From contig JAUCBJ010000162.1 of assembly GCA_032718475.1 (NCBI GenBank), positions 25,557-89,556 of the forward strand: a DNA stretch of 64,000 bases. Reading direction: 5' to 3'. The notes under the pieces are model-generated. The model did no database searches, was not told where the DNA came from, and saw nothing but the letters and a program-made list of their open reading frames with translations. Numbering within the stretch: position 1 is the first letter of the stretch; each line of letters opens with the position of its first letter. Both the position numbers and the translations under genes were made by a program. This DNA is from Nemertoderma westbladi (taxonomy: Eukaryota; Animalia; Xenacoelomorpha). Shown in pieces: positions 12,884 through 23,832 of this stretch.

Positions 12884-13849
12884 GCGAGTTGCGATAGACG
12901 ATGGTGTCTATCTATTTATTTAGCTTAATAAATATTTACTTTTCGATATCGGGAAGAACAAACCGTATTTCATAAATGTACCTAAATGCTAAAATAGGTA
13001 ATTAATCTTAAAACTGAGTGAGTACTGAGTATGACTGTTCTTGTTCTGCAATAATAATAAATCTAGTCAGACGCAGATTCGTTAGAGACTATTTAGTTTA
13101 GATATATAGTTCTGATACGGATATGTTATTGGAAAACGTCTGTGATTCCATTATGTGGTTCGCCTTTTGTTATTTAGATTTAGTAATTCGCTATGCTTTG
13201 GTTTAATATGGGCTCACATTGTTCTATTTAATTCCGGGAACGGGTCCGTACTAAGAGGCCTAATTATCGATCCACGTTTATCCACGAATGTAGAAGATTA
13301 TGTATATTTCGGTAAATTGTCGTAAAGTTTACGCTAAACATACAGTCCGATACAATAGAGCAAAACGTGGTGGTAAAATAGATCCTAAACGCTAAAAAGG
13401 GAGGAAAACCATAGCTGCGTTGTTTTAATTAATTTCGAGTCGTTATATTATATTTGTATTTGTATTCTGGGCTTTCCCTCCCCATATTTATTTGCTGTTA
13501 ACTTCTCATCCGTAATTATTTGCTTAATAATGCTTTAATTCATTGCACTACATTTGGTGCCAATTTGATTTTTAATTTATTTATAAATTAAATTCTTACC
13601 CAGCCTCAGACTTAAATTTAATTACTTATATACAGTTGGCGTGCAAACCGGATAACCTACAATATGTCGGAAGTGCGGAGCAATACGCGATAATAACCGC
13701 CACTACATTATATTGTATAATTTATCGGAACCTGGAGGTGTGAAATAGCGACGTGGTTGAGACCTTTGTACACTGGGGCATTCAACTGGAGTCCACAGAT
13801 CGGCGGGGGACTTCCGATGGCACAGGATATTAATTACACTCTATGGTTC

Positions 13850-15231
13850 TTTTCGGGGAATTTCATTTATCTCGATTGCTGCAAAGCTATACAATAGAAT
13901 TCTATTAAATCGCATCAGGGATCCCATTGAGAGACTGCTCCGTGGAAATCAGAATGGGTTCCGTAAAGGTCGTGGGACCATGGAGCCCATTTTGGCACTT
14001 AGAAGGATAATTTAAGAATTATCAAAAAAGAAAGACAGGCATCTGGCTGTTATCTTTGTTGACTTCTTCAAGGCCTTTGATTCAGTCTCTCGCTCACGTA
14101 TGTTCAGTATACTTTCGCACTATATGGGATTCCTGATGAAATTATTGCAGCAATCAGATCATCAGTATACGATGGTTCGACAACATTTGTGTCTACTGTT
14201 GACGGTGACACAGAACCATTTGAAGTGTTATGGGAAGTCCTCCAGGGAGACACACTTGCACCATTCTTGTTCATAATTGTGGTTGACTATGTTCTACGCA
14301 TGTCCTTAGATCATCATAATGATGATGGGGTGATGATAACTCCACCTACTGGCTCCAGAAGTCGAGGAAATCCTGCCAAGTACCTAACTGATCTAGACTT
14401 TGCTGATGACTTAGGAGTACTCTCAGAATCACTAGAGGGAGCCCAACGGCTCCTCAGCTTATTAGAACATGCTGCTTCTAGTGTTGGTCTTTTTATTAAC
14501 TCCAGAAAGACCAACATTTTGACAGTTAACTTTGAAAGTCCTCAGCAAGTCTCTGACCGGATGAGCATAATCTCAAAGGATGGTATGCTTGAGCATGTGG
14601 ACGACTTCTGTTACCTGGGATCATGGATCCGGAAGGCAGGTGAGGACCTTTGAATACGTAAGGGAAAGGCATGGACAGCCTTGATTAGGCTTTCCAGGAT
14701 TTGGAAGTCACCGAGAATTAATCGGAAACTTAAGGTCCGATTATTTAGAGCAGCAGTAGTTCCAGTACTCCTCTATGGGAGTCCATGCTGGGCTCTAACT
14801 GCTGAGGACACCAAATCTCTAGATGGCACATTCACAAGAATGCTACGCCGGGTTGATTGTGTCAAGTACAATGCACACATCTCCAACCAGACACTATATA
14901 ACATTGGAGGTGTCTCATTGGTTCCCCCAAGCTTGACATTAGAACAAAATCGCCTCCGCTTTGCAGTACATTGCTTTCGCCGTGAGGACCAGCCAGTGCA
15001 TAATCGTGTACTTTGGCAGCCTCATGGAGTGAATAAGCATGGTGGACAGCCCATGACTTTCTTGAGGCGCATCTTAAAGGACACTGGCCTTGATTATGCG
15101 GATGATCTAGCAAATGTCTTGGGTGATAGGGAGTTGTGGCGGCGCAATTTTATCGACAAGCCGGCACAGCATTCTTAAAAATGCAGCTGCAATGCCGCAT
15201 ACCGATCCTAGTAGTAGTCATAGTAGTAGTA
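13850..15231 (+). mobile_element. 5'-truncated, mutated RTE-clade LINE (RT domain)
   Basis: RT motifs RGIS..AAKLYNRILLNR, NQNGFRKGR, FVDFFKAFDSV, VLQGDTLAPFLF, LDFADD, FCYLGS, PVLLYGS, broken by stops and frameshifts. (TAG)n tail at about 15209-15231. Confidence 0.88.
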
Positions 15232-16385
15232 GCAGGGCGTAAACGCGACAACGTCAAGTATGGAGCTGTAACCTGTACTCATGATTCTCGTTTATTGTTT
15301 TGGTTATAATAACCCTCAACTGTAACATGTCGTTTACACCCTTAGTAGCATTAGATTCCTCAAAATGTAACTTGTTCTGTTGACTTTCGTTGATTGTTTT
15401 GGTTAAAATAACGTGCCACTGTAACTACTACCTTTTTTTGCCAATTTCCCTTAATTGGTGATTTAACATAAAGACGATTAATCACATTAAGATATTAATT
15501 CACCGAGATGGGATTTGTGTCAAGTTCCCCTATGTCTCATTTTATTTATATAATGATTTAATAATTAATTTATTGTATTTATTTTATTTACGTATACGTT
15601 TGTAAGAATACCTCTCTAATAATTAATATGCTATACACACAGTCTCCAATTCATTAAGTTTTAGTAATAATGAATGTAATGAGAGATCAAATAGCAAAAA
15701 GGAGCACATTAACAACTTTTGGATACGATTGCGACTCCACCCGGTCGCATAAATACATGGGACAGATACCAAACAGAATGTTGGATGTGGGGCGAGCTTA
15801 GAATACGGGTACCACTATCTCAATCTGTGTGTCTGTCGATCTGTATATGTAGATCCACGTATATTTAATAGTTAATAAATCCTCGATGAAATCTAACCAA
15901 ACTTAGTACACGTTGTCAAAAGTTGAGAAATTTTCTAAGTAGAATTTACGTGTGGCCTTCGATCCTAAGATAAAAGCAGCCAATTGGTTAATTGCAGTAA
16001 AATACGTGAGATTTTAATCAGGTCAGCTATCATAGATTTTAATTATTTCAAGTGGTATGTGTTAAGAAATCAGTGTTTGATTGATCTAATTAATTGATAT
16101 AATTAGTAATTAACCCCATTGAATTTATGCTTTTCACATACAATGTCGCTGACAGGGTAAATTCTGCCGGTCTGGCCCCTGATGTTGCCGCCTTTAATAA
16201 TATTTCACTATCATTACTAATTACATCGACATTCACATAACAAAAGTTTTAATATTTTTGACAATTTGGCTCGCCTACAATCTTAATTATAAAATACAAA
16301 TTATCTGTCAAGACCTACCACACCTATCATCAATCTCGCATACTGGTACCGTCTGTACCTTTGGGTTGTAACGCAGATTAAAATG

Positions 16386-16495
16386 GGGGTTGAAGGTGAG
16401 TCCCGCTTTATTTGATTGATTGGGGTTGAAGGTGAGTCCCGCTTTATTTGATTGATTGGGGTTGAAGGTTAGTCCCGCTTTATTTGATTGATTGG
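16386..16495. repeat. 36-bp minisatellite, 3 copies
   Basis: ggggttgaaggtgagtcccgctttatttgattgatt x3, just downstream of the MOGAT stop codon. Confidence 0.85.
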
Positions 16496-16639
16496 CGGTT
16501 TTGTTAAATTTCTTAAGTACAGTTTTTGTGATAGAATCGCTCAATTTTAATTTGTATCTCATAACTCAGCCTCGTGCTGCGCGAAGGCCCCACCAACGTG
16601 TATTGACTAACTTCGATTGTATTTTCATTTAATTTTGTA

Positions 16640-17653
16640 TTAAATAATCTGTAAGGGGTGATCCTCAGTCAATCCATAATGCGTTTTATGTTTATGGAAT
16701 AGATCTTCAACGGCTGTGACGTATCTTCTATGAAGCAAATCGATGTCTTCTTTGGAGACAGTAATAAGCTTCTCCACAGGAATAGGGGCTCCCACTACCG
16801 TGTTGATACTGCACCTATAGGGCAGCAGTCCCACAGTGTAGTTAAACACACCCCTCCCGTGGAACAGAGGAGGGCTGAAGCCCATAAACTTTGTGCCGAG
16901 ATTCTGTAGTCGACGCAGCATCGATCCTTCCGGGTTATCCAGTTGCTTGTACATATCGATCTCCCCAAACGATACAATCGGAACTAAAGAAGCTCCGGTC
17001 TTTAACGCCATTTTAATAAAACCCTTTCGCTCTTTCAGAAGAAACTTGTATTTAGTCGGGTTGGCTTCCAACACTTCCGGAGCCCCTCCCACTACGATAA
17101 CGACTGCATTGCCTTTCCCTTTGCGTTCTAGAATGTAACGCACTGAGTCCTTGTGGGCGCTGCATAATCCACCCGTCATAATGTAGTCGCGAAAAAAAGG
17201 GAAGGAGAATTGGCCATCAAGTACGCATAGATGGGGCACGATAGCCGGGAATAGGTCCTCGAAACCCGTAGCCGTGGTACCGAAGTGTATAAAGGCGCCC
17301 GTTGCCATGATACCGTGCGGGTGGTAGCCTATGATGTAGTTGGCGTCTGGGGTTAGTTCGGCGGTCTTTATAAGTCGTGCCGGGAAGTATCGGGCCAACC
17401 AAGTCCACACGATCCAGCTCCGAGGCCAGGCGTTCCGTCTGCCGCCCTGTCTGGGTGTGTGGATGTCGTACAGGTACCAGGCCAGGTAGAGAACAACCAG
17501 GTAGTAGTAGGACGTGAAGAGGAGGTAGATAGCTAAAGCGATCCCTCCAAACCCGAAGAAAAGAAATGTTGTCGAATAAACCAAAGCGCCAACGGTCTCC
17601 AGACGACGATGTAAGGGGATTCGTAAAGGGGCCAATTCTATTCCAATTGGCAT
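16640..17653 (-). CDS. MOGAT2: MOGAT/DGAT2-family acyltransferase, intronless CDS, nested antisense in a CFAP206 intron
   Basis: 337 aa. N-terminal ELAPLRIPLHRRLET, hydrophobic TM segment, YFP, GYHPHG catalytic motif, GGAPE, RKGFIKMAL, LVPIVSFGE, VVGAPI. Paralogue assignment within MOGAT1/2/3-DGAT2 is uncertain. Confidence 0.9.
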   Translation of the reverse strand: MPIGIELAPLRIPLHRRLETVGALVYSTTFLFFGFGGIALAIYLLFTSYYYLVVLYLAWYLYDIHTPRQGGRRNAWPRSWIVWTWLARYFPARLIKTAELTPDANYIIGYHPHGIMATGAFIHFGTTATGFEDLFPAIVPHLCVLDGQFSFPFFRDYIMTGGLCSAHKDSVRYILERKGKGNAVVIVVGGAPEVLEANPTKYKFLLKERKGFIKMALKTGASLVPIVSFGEIDMYKQLDNPEGSMLRRLQNLGTKFMGFSPPLFHGRGVFNYTVGLLPYRCSINTVVGAPIPVEKLITVSKEDIDLLHRRYVTAVEDLFHKHKTHYGLTEDHPLQII

Positions 17654-18931
17654 GGCGATAAATGTTTGGATGGAGACTATATCAACATTATATTACAAAT
17701 ATAGGGCCTACTAATGTGATTGAATATCTATCAATTAATTAACTTTATATTACTTTTATTTTGATCTACTGGAATGGGATTGGTACGCGAACAAAATGTT
17801 TTTGTAGAAACAATATATTAAAGGGGGTAGTGGACGCGGACGGGATGAGGGGGGGGGGGGGGATAGTTTACTCGGTAGCGTCAATTTAAATATGTGTTTT
17901 TAATTTTAATTTAGTCAGCAGTTAGTGAAGTAATTTTGATTTACTACTGGAATCAAATCTGGAACTGGAATTAATAAGGGTGTAATAATTAACCTGTATT
18001 AATAATGATTGATTTAATCTTAATAATGGATTCCAAATAAATTTATTTATTTATTTAATATATATAATTTATTTAAATCATTATGTAAAAACAATAACAA
18101 ATACACCAAATAATGTATATATACAGTACTATATAGGCATTGATTATTCAACATAACATATTGTTATCCCTCATCCCATGGTTTTTTCACCGAATAATTT
18201 TTTCGCAAACCAAACCCTACGGTTTTTACTTTTACAGAATGACAACATAATATCACCTAACAATTATTGAAGTGACATATGTAAAATGTGCTCCAATTAT
18301 TAAATCTACATTATTTATTGGTTTACAAAGCAACTGAGAGATATTATATTAATAAAATGATCTAGGCTATAGGTATTTACGTCTATCTATAATTAGTATT
18401 CTATTTACAATCAAACCCGGATGTTATCTCACAGTCAATAAAGTGAAATCGCTAGTTGTTGTAGTTGTAGTATTAGATAATAATAATACCTGCATTGTGG
18501 CTATTTGACATCTGGATAAGATTATAAGCAAATCACTAAAACTGCCTGCATCACACAATAACCCCCTTTATTAATATTAAATTTTTGCACGATGGGTTAT
18601 TTAGAAGGCCCACCGGATCTTGTGGTAAGTGACAGAACCATAGTCATTGAGAACTCTCATGAGCTATGGAATGATGGGGTCCAGGGTTTTTTGACTGTCT
18701 AGGTCCTAATATGGGCCTACACTCCCTCTCCTGCGGAGAGACTTGGTGTCTGCATGTGTTTACTAGACCACATTGTCCGATTGGTTGCACGAAGACCAAT
18801 GGACCTGTTTGAATTGTGAGCCTATTATTAACCCTACTGTATTCGACATGCGCTTGTACTCTTTTTCATTACAATTATTATTGTTTGTAATTTTGAAAAT
18901 CAAATATTCTGATTCGTTATTATATTTTTAG

Positions 18932-19048
18932 AATAGAGAAGATAATGTACCACCGCTTCAGTTGGTGGTTGATTCCTTGATCAACACTCGCCAATACGAG
19001 GCCTTCCTTGTTCATCTGCAAACAGATGTAATAGAGTGCGCCAGACAG
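18932..19048 (+). CDS. CFAP206: CFAP206 internal exon D
   Basis: tttttag|AAT AGA...AGA CAG|gtgag. Encodes NREDNVPPLQLVVDSLINTRQYEAFLVHLQTDVIECARQ (cf. vertebrate ALYNIRQYEVFLQIILSDII). Phase 0 to 0. Confidence 0.85.
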
Positions 19049-21240
19049 GTGAGTGGACTAATTGACTTCCTTGTTCATCTGCAAACAGATGTAATAGAGT
19101 GCGCCAGACAGGTGAGTGGACTAATTGACTTCCTTGTTCATATGCAAACAGATGTAATAGAGTGCGCCAGACAGGTGAGTGGACCAATTGACTTCCTTGT
19201 TCATCTGCAAACAGATGTAATAGAGTGCGCCAGACAGGTGAGTGGACCAATTGACTTCCTTGTTCATCTGCAAACAGATGTAATAGAGTGCGCCAGGCAG
19301 GTGAGTGGACCAATTGACTTCCTTGTTCATCTGCAAACAGATGTAATAGAGTGCGCCAGACAGGTGAGTGGACCAATTGACTTCCTTGTTCATCTGCAAA
19401 CAGATGTAATAGAGTGCGCCAGACAGGTGAGTGGACCAATTGACTTCCTTGTTCATCTGCAAACAGATGTAATAGAGTGCGCCAGACAGGTGAGTGGACC
19501 AATTGACTTCCTTGTACATATGCAAACAGATGTAATAGAGTGCGCCAGACAGGTGAGTGGACTAATTGACTTCCTTGTTCATATGCAAACAGATGTAATA
19601 GAGTGCGCCAGACAGATGAGTGGACCAATTGTCTTCCTTGTTCATATGCAAACAGATGTAATAGAGTGCGCCAGACAGGTGAGTGGACTAATTGACTTCC
19701 TTGTTCATATGCAAACAGATGTAATAGAGTGCGCCAGACAGATGAGTGGACCAATTGTCTTCCTTGTTCATATGCAAACAGATGTAATAGAGTGCGCCAG
19801 ACAGGTGAGTGGACTAATTGACTTCCTTGTTCATATGCAAACAGATGTAATAGAGTGCGCCAGACAGGTGAGTTGACCAATTGACTTCCTTGTACATATG
19901 CAAACAGATGTAATAGAGTGCGCCAGACAGGTGAGTGGACCAATTGACTTCCTTGTTCATATGCAAACAGATGTAATAGAGTGCGCCAGAAAGGTGAGTG
20001 GAACAATTGACTTCCTTGTACATATGCAAACAGATGTAATAGAGTGCGCCAGACAGGTGAGTGGACTAATTGACTTCCTTGTTCATATGCAAACAGATGT
20101 AATAGAGTGCGCCAGACAGGTGAGTTGACCAATTGACTTCCTTGTACATATGCAAACAGATGTAATAGAGTGCGCCAGACAGGTGAGTTGACCAATTGAC
20201 TTCCTTGTACATATGCAAACAGATGTAATAGAGTGCGCCAGACAGGTGAGTGGACTAATTGACTTCCTTGTTCATATGCAAACAGATGTAATAGAGTGCG
20301 CCAGACAGGTGAGTTGACCAATTGACTTCCTTGTACATATGCAAACAGATGTAATAGAGTGCGCCAGACAGGTGAGTGGACTAATTGACTTCCTTGTTCA
20401 TATGCAAACAGATGTAATAGAGTGCGCCAGACAGGTGAGTTGACCAATTGACTTCCTTGTACATATGCAAACAGATGTAATAGAGTGCGCCAGACAGGTG
20501 AGTGGACCAATTGACTTCCTTGTTCATATGCAAACAGATGTAATAGAGTGCGCCAGAAAGGTGAGTGGAACAATTGACTTCCTTGTACATATGCAAACAG
20601 ATGTAATAGAGTGCGCCAGACAGGTGAGTGGACCAATTGACTTCCTTGTTCATATGCAAACAGATGTAATAGAGTGTGCCAGAAAGGTGAGTGGAACAAT
20701 TGACTTCCTTGTTCATATGCAAACAGATGTAATAGTGCGCCAGACAGGTGAGTGGACCAATTGACTTCCTTGTTCATCTGCAAACATATGTAATAGAGTG
20801 CGCCAGACAGATGAGTGGACCAATTGACTTACTTGTTGTTCATCTGCAAACATATGTAATAGAGTGCGCCAGACATGTGAGTGGACGAATTGACTTCCTT
20901 GTTCATATGCAAACAGATGTAATAGAGTGCGCCAGACAGGTGAGTGGACCAATTGACTTCCTTGTTCATATGCAAACAGATGTAATAGAGTGCGCCAGAC
21001 AGGTGAGTGGACCAATTGACTTCCTTGTTCATCTGCAAACATATGTAATAGAGTGCGCCAGACAGGTGAGTGGACCAATTGACTTCATTGTTCATCTGCA
21101 AACAGATGTAATAGAGTGCGCCAGGCAGGTGAGTGGACCAATTGACTTCCTTGTTCATCTGCAAACATATGTAATAGAGTGCGCGAGACATGTGAGTGGA
21201 CCAATTGACTTCCTTGTACATATGCAAACAGATGTAATAG
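19004..21240 (+). repeat. Tandem array of the CFAP206 exon-D donor junction (63-bp unit, about 35 copies)
   Basis: Unit = last 45 nt of the exon plus the first 18 nt of the intron (gtgagtggac(c/t)aattgac). Confidence 0.97.
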
Positions 21241-21911
21241 TTGGGTGAGAGGACTTACATAAGCCCTTTATGGGTGTACCTATATTTCAATGTTCCGCTT
21301 CCCTTGTACTTATTACATGTCTCTATGTTTGTGAATGCTACAAAATCCAAAATTCTCAGAGTAAATATTAATTCCCCAGCAAGTCAAGGACCCTCAGGTC
21401 AGCGCTTTGAGTCGTTGGAGGCCATGAGTTTAATTTTCGCACTACCTAGTATAGGATCTTAGATTCGGAGATCAGCTAAAAGCTCCGCGTATCAAATGAT
21501 ATTGTCAGTGGTCAGGTCATGGTCTGTCTGACTTAAATAAATTTAAGGATGGTAAAAACCTGAGCTAACGCTAAGGTTATGTTATTCCGGGCAGCAGTAC
21601 AGTATGTGCTGCTGCTGATCTTAGTTTACTTAATGCTGAAGATACAAGATCACTAAGCTTGGTAAGGTGAAGTCATGTCCTTGGTAAAGAATGCAATGAA
21701 ACACGATTGTACGATGTACAACATCGGTAATCACTTTCTCAAAAACCAGTGGAAGTATAATAATATAAAAATAAATAGTTCAATTATTGTAGAGCTAGTT
21801 CAAGACAAAATATATCATTTACAATGATTTACGTTTGAATTGTTGAAAATTGCATATTTATGTTGATAACATAACAAAATATTTTAGCAGTTAACATTGG
21901 GTATTCAGAAA

Positions 21912-23507
21912 TTATAAAGAAATCAAGGAGTTTTCTTCTGGTACGTTGGGGGGCGCTGCTAGTGATCCACTCGGCACCCCGCTGGGGGGCGCTGTTAGTG
22001 ACCCAGTCGGCACCCCGCTGGGGGGCGCTGTTAGTGACCCACTCGGCACCCCGCTGGGGGGCGCTGTTAGTGAACCACTCGGCACCCCGCTGGTGGGCGC
22101 TGTTAGTGACCCACTCGGCACCCCGCTGGTGGGCGCTGTTAGTGACCCACTCGGCACACCGCTGGGGGGCGCTGTTAGTGACCCACTCGGCACCCCGCTG
22201 GGGGGCGCTGTTAGTGACCCACTCGGCACCCCGCTGGGGGGCGCTGTTAGTGAGCCACTCCGCACCCCGCTGGGGGGCGCTGCGAGAGACCCCCTACGAA
22301 CTCCGCTGGGAGGCGCTGCGATATCGCTGAGCAGCAACCCGTTCCCTGCACTGCCGTCGTTGTAGACAACATCATAGGAGGCCCTGTTGTACCTCCAGGA
22401 GACCTTGGATACCTTGGCCGCTATGTAATGCTGACCTCGACGTGCTAGCACATCCTGTCCGAGACGCCAGTCCGGCCGGACAGCCGGTCGGCCACGACCA
22501 CGGGCGCGGTGCGTGCACCGGATGTGCAGCAGTAGTCGAGACTTAGAGTCGGCCACGAAGACGCAGTGCTGGCAGGGGTGCAGGTTGCTAAACAACGAGG
22601 TCCTCACGTACAGCGTGTAGGACGAGTGTAATAGGGAGCGGTGTTCGGACACGCAATGCGAGGTGAGGAGGGGGGCAGTGGAGGCGGAGTAGGGGCACCT
22701 GGGACTGGGGCACGTGTACAGGACGTGGGGTGTTGTGGGTCGCGACTTTCTGGGGTCCAACGGGTGCGGAATAGCAGACACGTTGTGTGACGAGAGTAAA
22801 TGTTCCTCGAAGTCGGGGAAGTTATCCAGTTGATTGCGGCAGAGAACGCATCCGATGGACCACGTGAGGAGGAACGCGTTCCGTTCATACCCGGGGAACG
22901 TCCATGATGAACGGTGGTGTTGCGCGTAGTGGTAGAGAACCTGTTGGACCGTCGCTACCGATTTAGTTATCGCGGAGAACGTACACAAATTGCATCGCAG
23001 ATGGTGACTGCCATCCCCAACGTCGACCACAGTAACGGCATCGTCGATATCGTCAGCGGGGCTCAGGGAGTCTACATCAACCTCGTTGAATGGTTCCTCG
23101 GGCAGCTCTACCTCGGGGTGGTACCTCGCGTAGTGACTACGGACTTCAGCCTTAGCCACATCCATGTGTAGCGAGAATAGCATCGTAAAGGTACATAAAT
23201 GGCAACGGAACATTTGATCTCCGTCAACCTGTATGCAGTCCTGCACCGGGGGTAGAACCTCTCCTGGTAGTGGTTCGTACTGTGTCCCGGTCCTAAGGGA
23301 AGCAACCAAAGGTGCAGTTACGGGAAGGCGAGGGTTATTATATACCACGGGTTTCGAGGGAACGCGGTTTGGCAGTTCTGAGTCAATAAATCTATCCCCC
23401 GCCGCATCCACCAACGTGCTACCTACTTCCGCTAATATAGCCTCCGCTACGGGTACCGTGGGCGTCTGTACAGTTCGGGTTAACTCGCCACTGTCTGTCT
23501 CCATCAT
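21912..23507 (-). CDS. C2H2 zinc-finger protein with Tudor-like module and 12-aa C-terminal repeats
   Basis: 531-aa GC-rich ORF. Five CxxC..H..H fingers (CHLC, CNLC, CVLC, CPSPRC, CQHC), a Tudor-like segment GQDVLARRGQHYIAAKV...YDVVYNDG, and APPSGVPSGSLT about x10. The frame stays open upstream towards a possible acceptor near 23614. Confidence 0.65.
   Translation of the reverse strand: MMETDSGELTRTVQTPTVPVAEAILAEVGSTLVDAAGDRFIDSELPNRVPSKPVVYNNPRLPVTAPLVASLRTGTQYEPLPGEVLPPVQDCIQVDGDQMFRCHLCTFTMLFSLHMDVAKAEVRSHYARYHPEVELPEEPFNEVDVDSLSPADDIDDAVTVVDVGDGSHHLRCNLCTFSAITKSVATVQQVLYHYAQHHRSSWTFPGYERNAFLLTWSIGCVLCRNQLDNFPDFEEHLLSSHNVSAIPHPLDPRKSRPTTPHVLYTCPSPRCPYSASTAPLLTSHCVSEHRSLLHSSYTLYVRTSLFSNLHPCQHCVFVADSKSRLLLHIRCTHRARGRGRPAVRPDWRLGQDVLARRGQHYIAAKVSKVSWRYNRASYDVVYNDGSAGNGLLLSDIAAPPSGVRRGSLAAPPSGVRSGSLTAPPSGVPSGSLTAPPSGVPSGSLTAPPSGVPSGSLTAPTSGVPSGSLTAPTSGVPSGSLTAPPSGVPSGSLTAPPSGVPTGSLTAPPSGVPSGSLAAPPNVPEENSLISL
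21946..22320. repeat. 36-bp coding minisatellite (about 10 copies)
   Basis: gggggcgctgttagtgacccactcggcaccccgctg units within the zinc-finger ORF. Confidence 0.9.
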
Positions 23508-23832
23508 AAGTATTACTGGAACAGTTCGTATCCCAACTATTATGGTAGACTTATAATGACAACTTCCGGTACCGGTAGCAGGGTACAGTTGTACTTGTAC
23601 AGCAGTACTGATACTGTGGAAAACATAAACATAACATCAAACTGTGTGGTGTTTATTCTTTATACAAAGTGAAAGTGCACTGTTATTTCCTGCAGTTTAG
23701 TAGGCCCTACCATGCCTGCCTTCTCTACTCAAATAATTTGAGCAACATGGATTAACATAGTAGAAGTTCAGACCTTTTGAGTTTTTCTGTTTCACTCTTC
23801 GACCCAGCTATTGCATTGCTATGTTGACACTA

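Noticed and set aside
18600-18830. Slightly GC-richer patch, possible TE relic (also about 2340-2640)
   Set aside because: No termini or protein motif I could support.
18981-20783. 600-aa - strand ORF and other ORFs across 19121-21248
   Set aside because: By-products of a 63-bp unit that happens to be stop-free in some frames; no non-repeat coding content.
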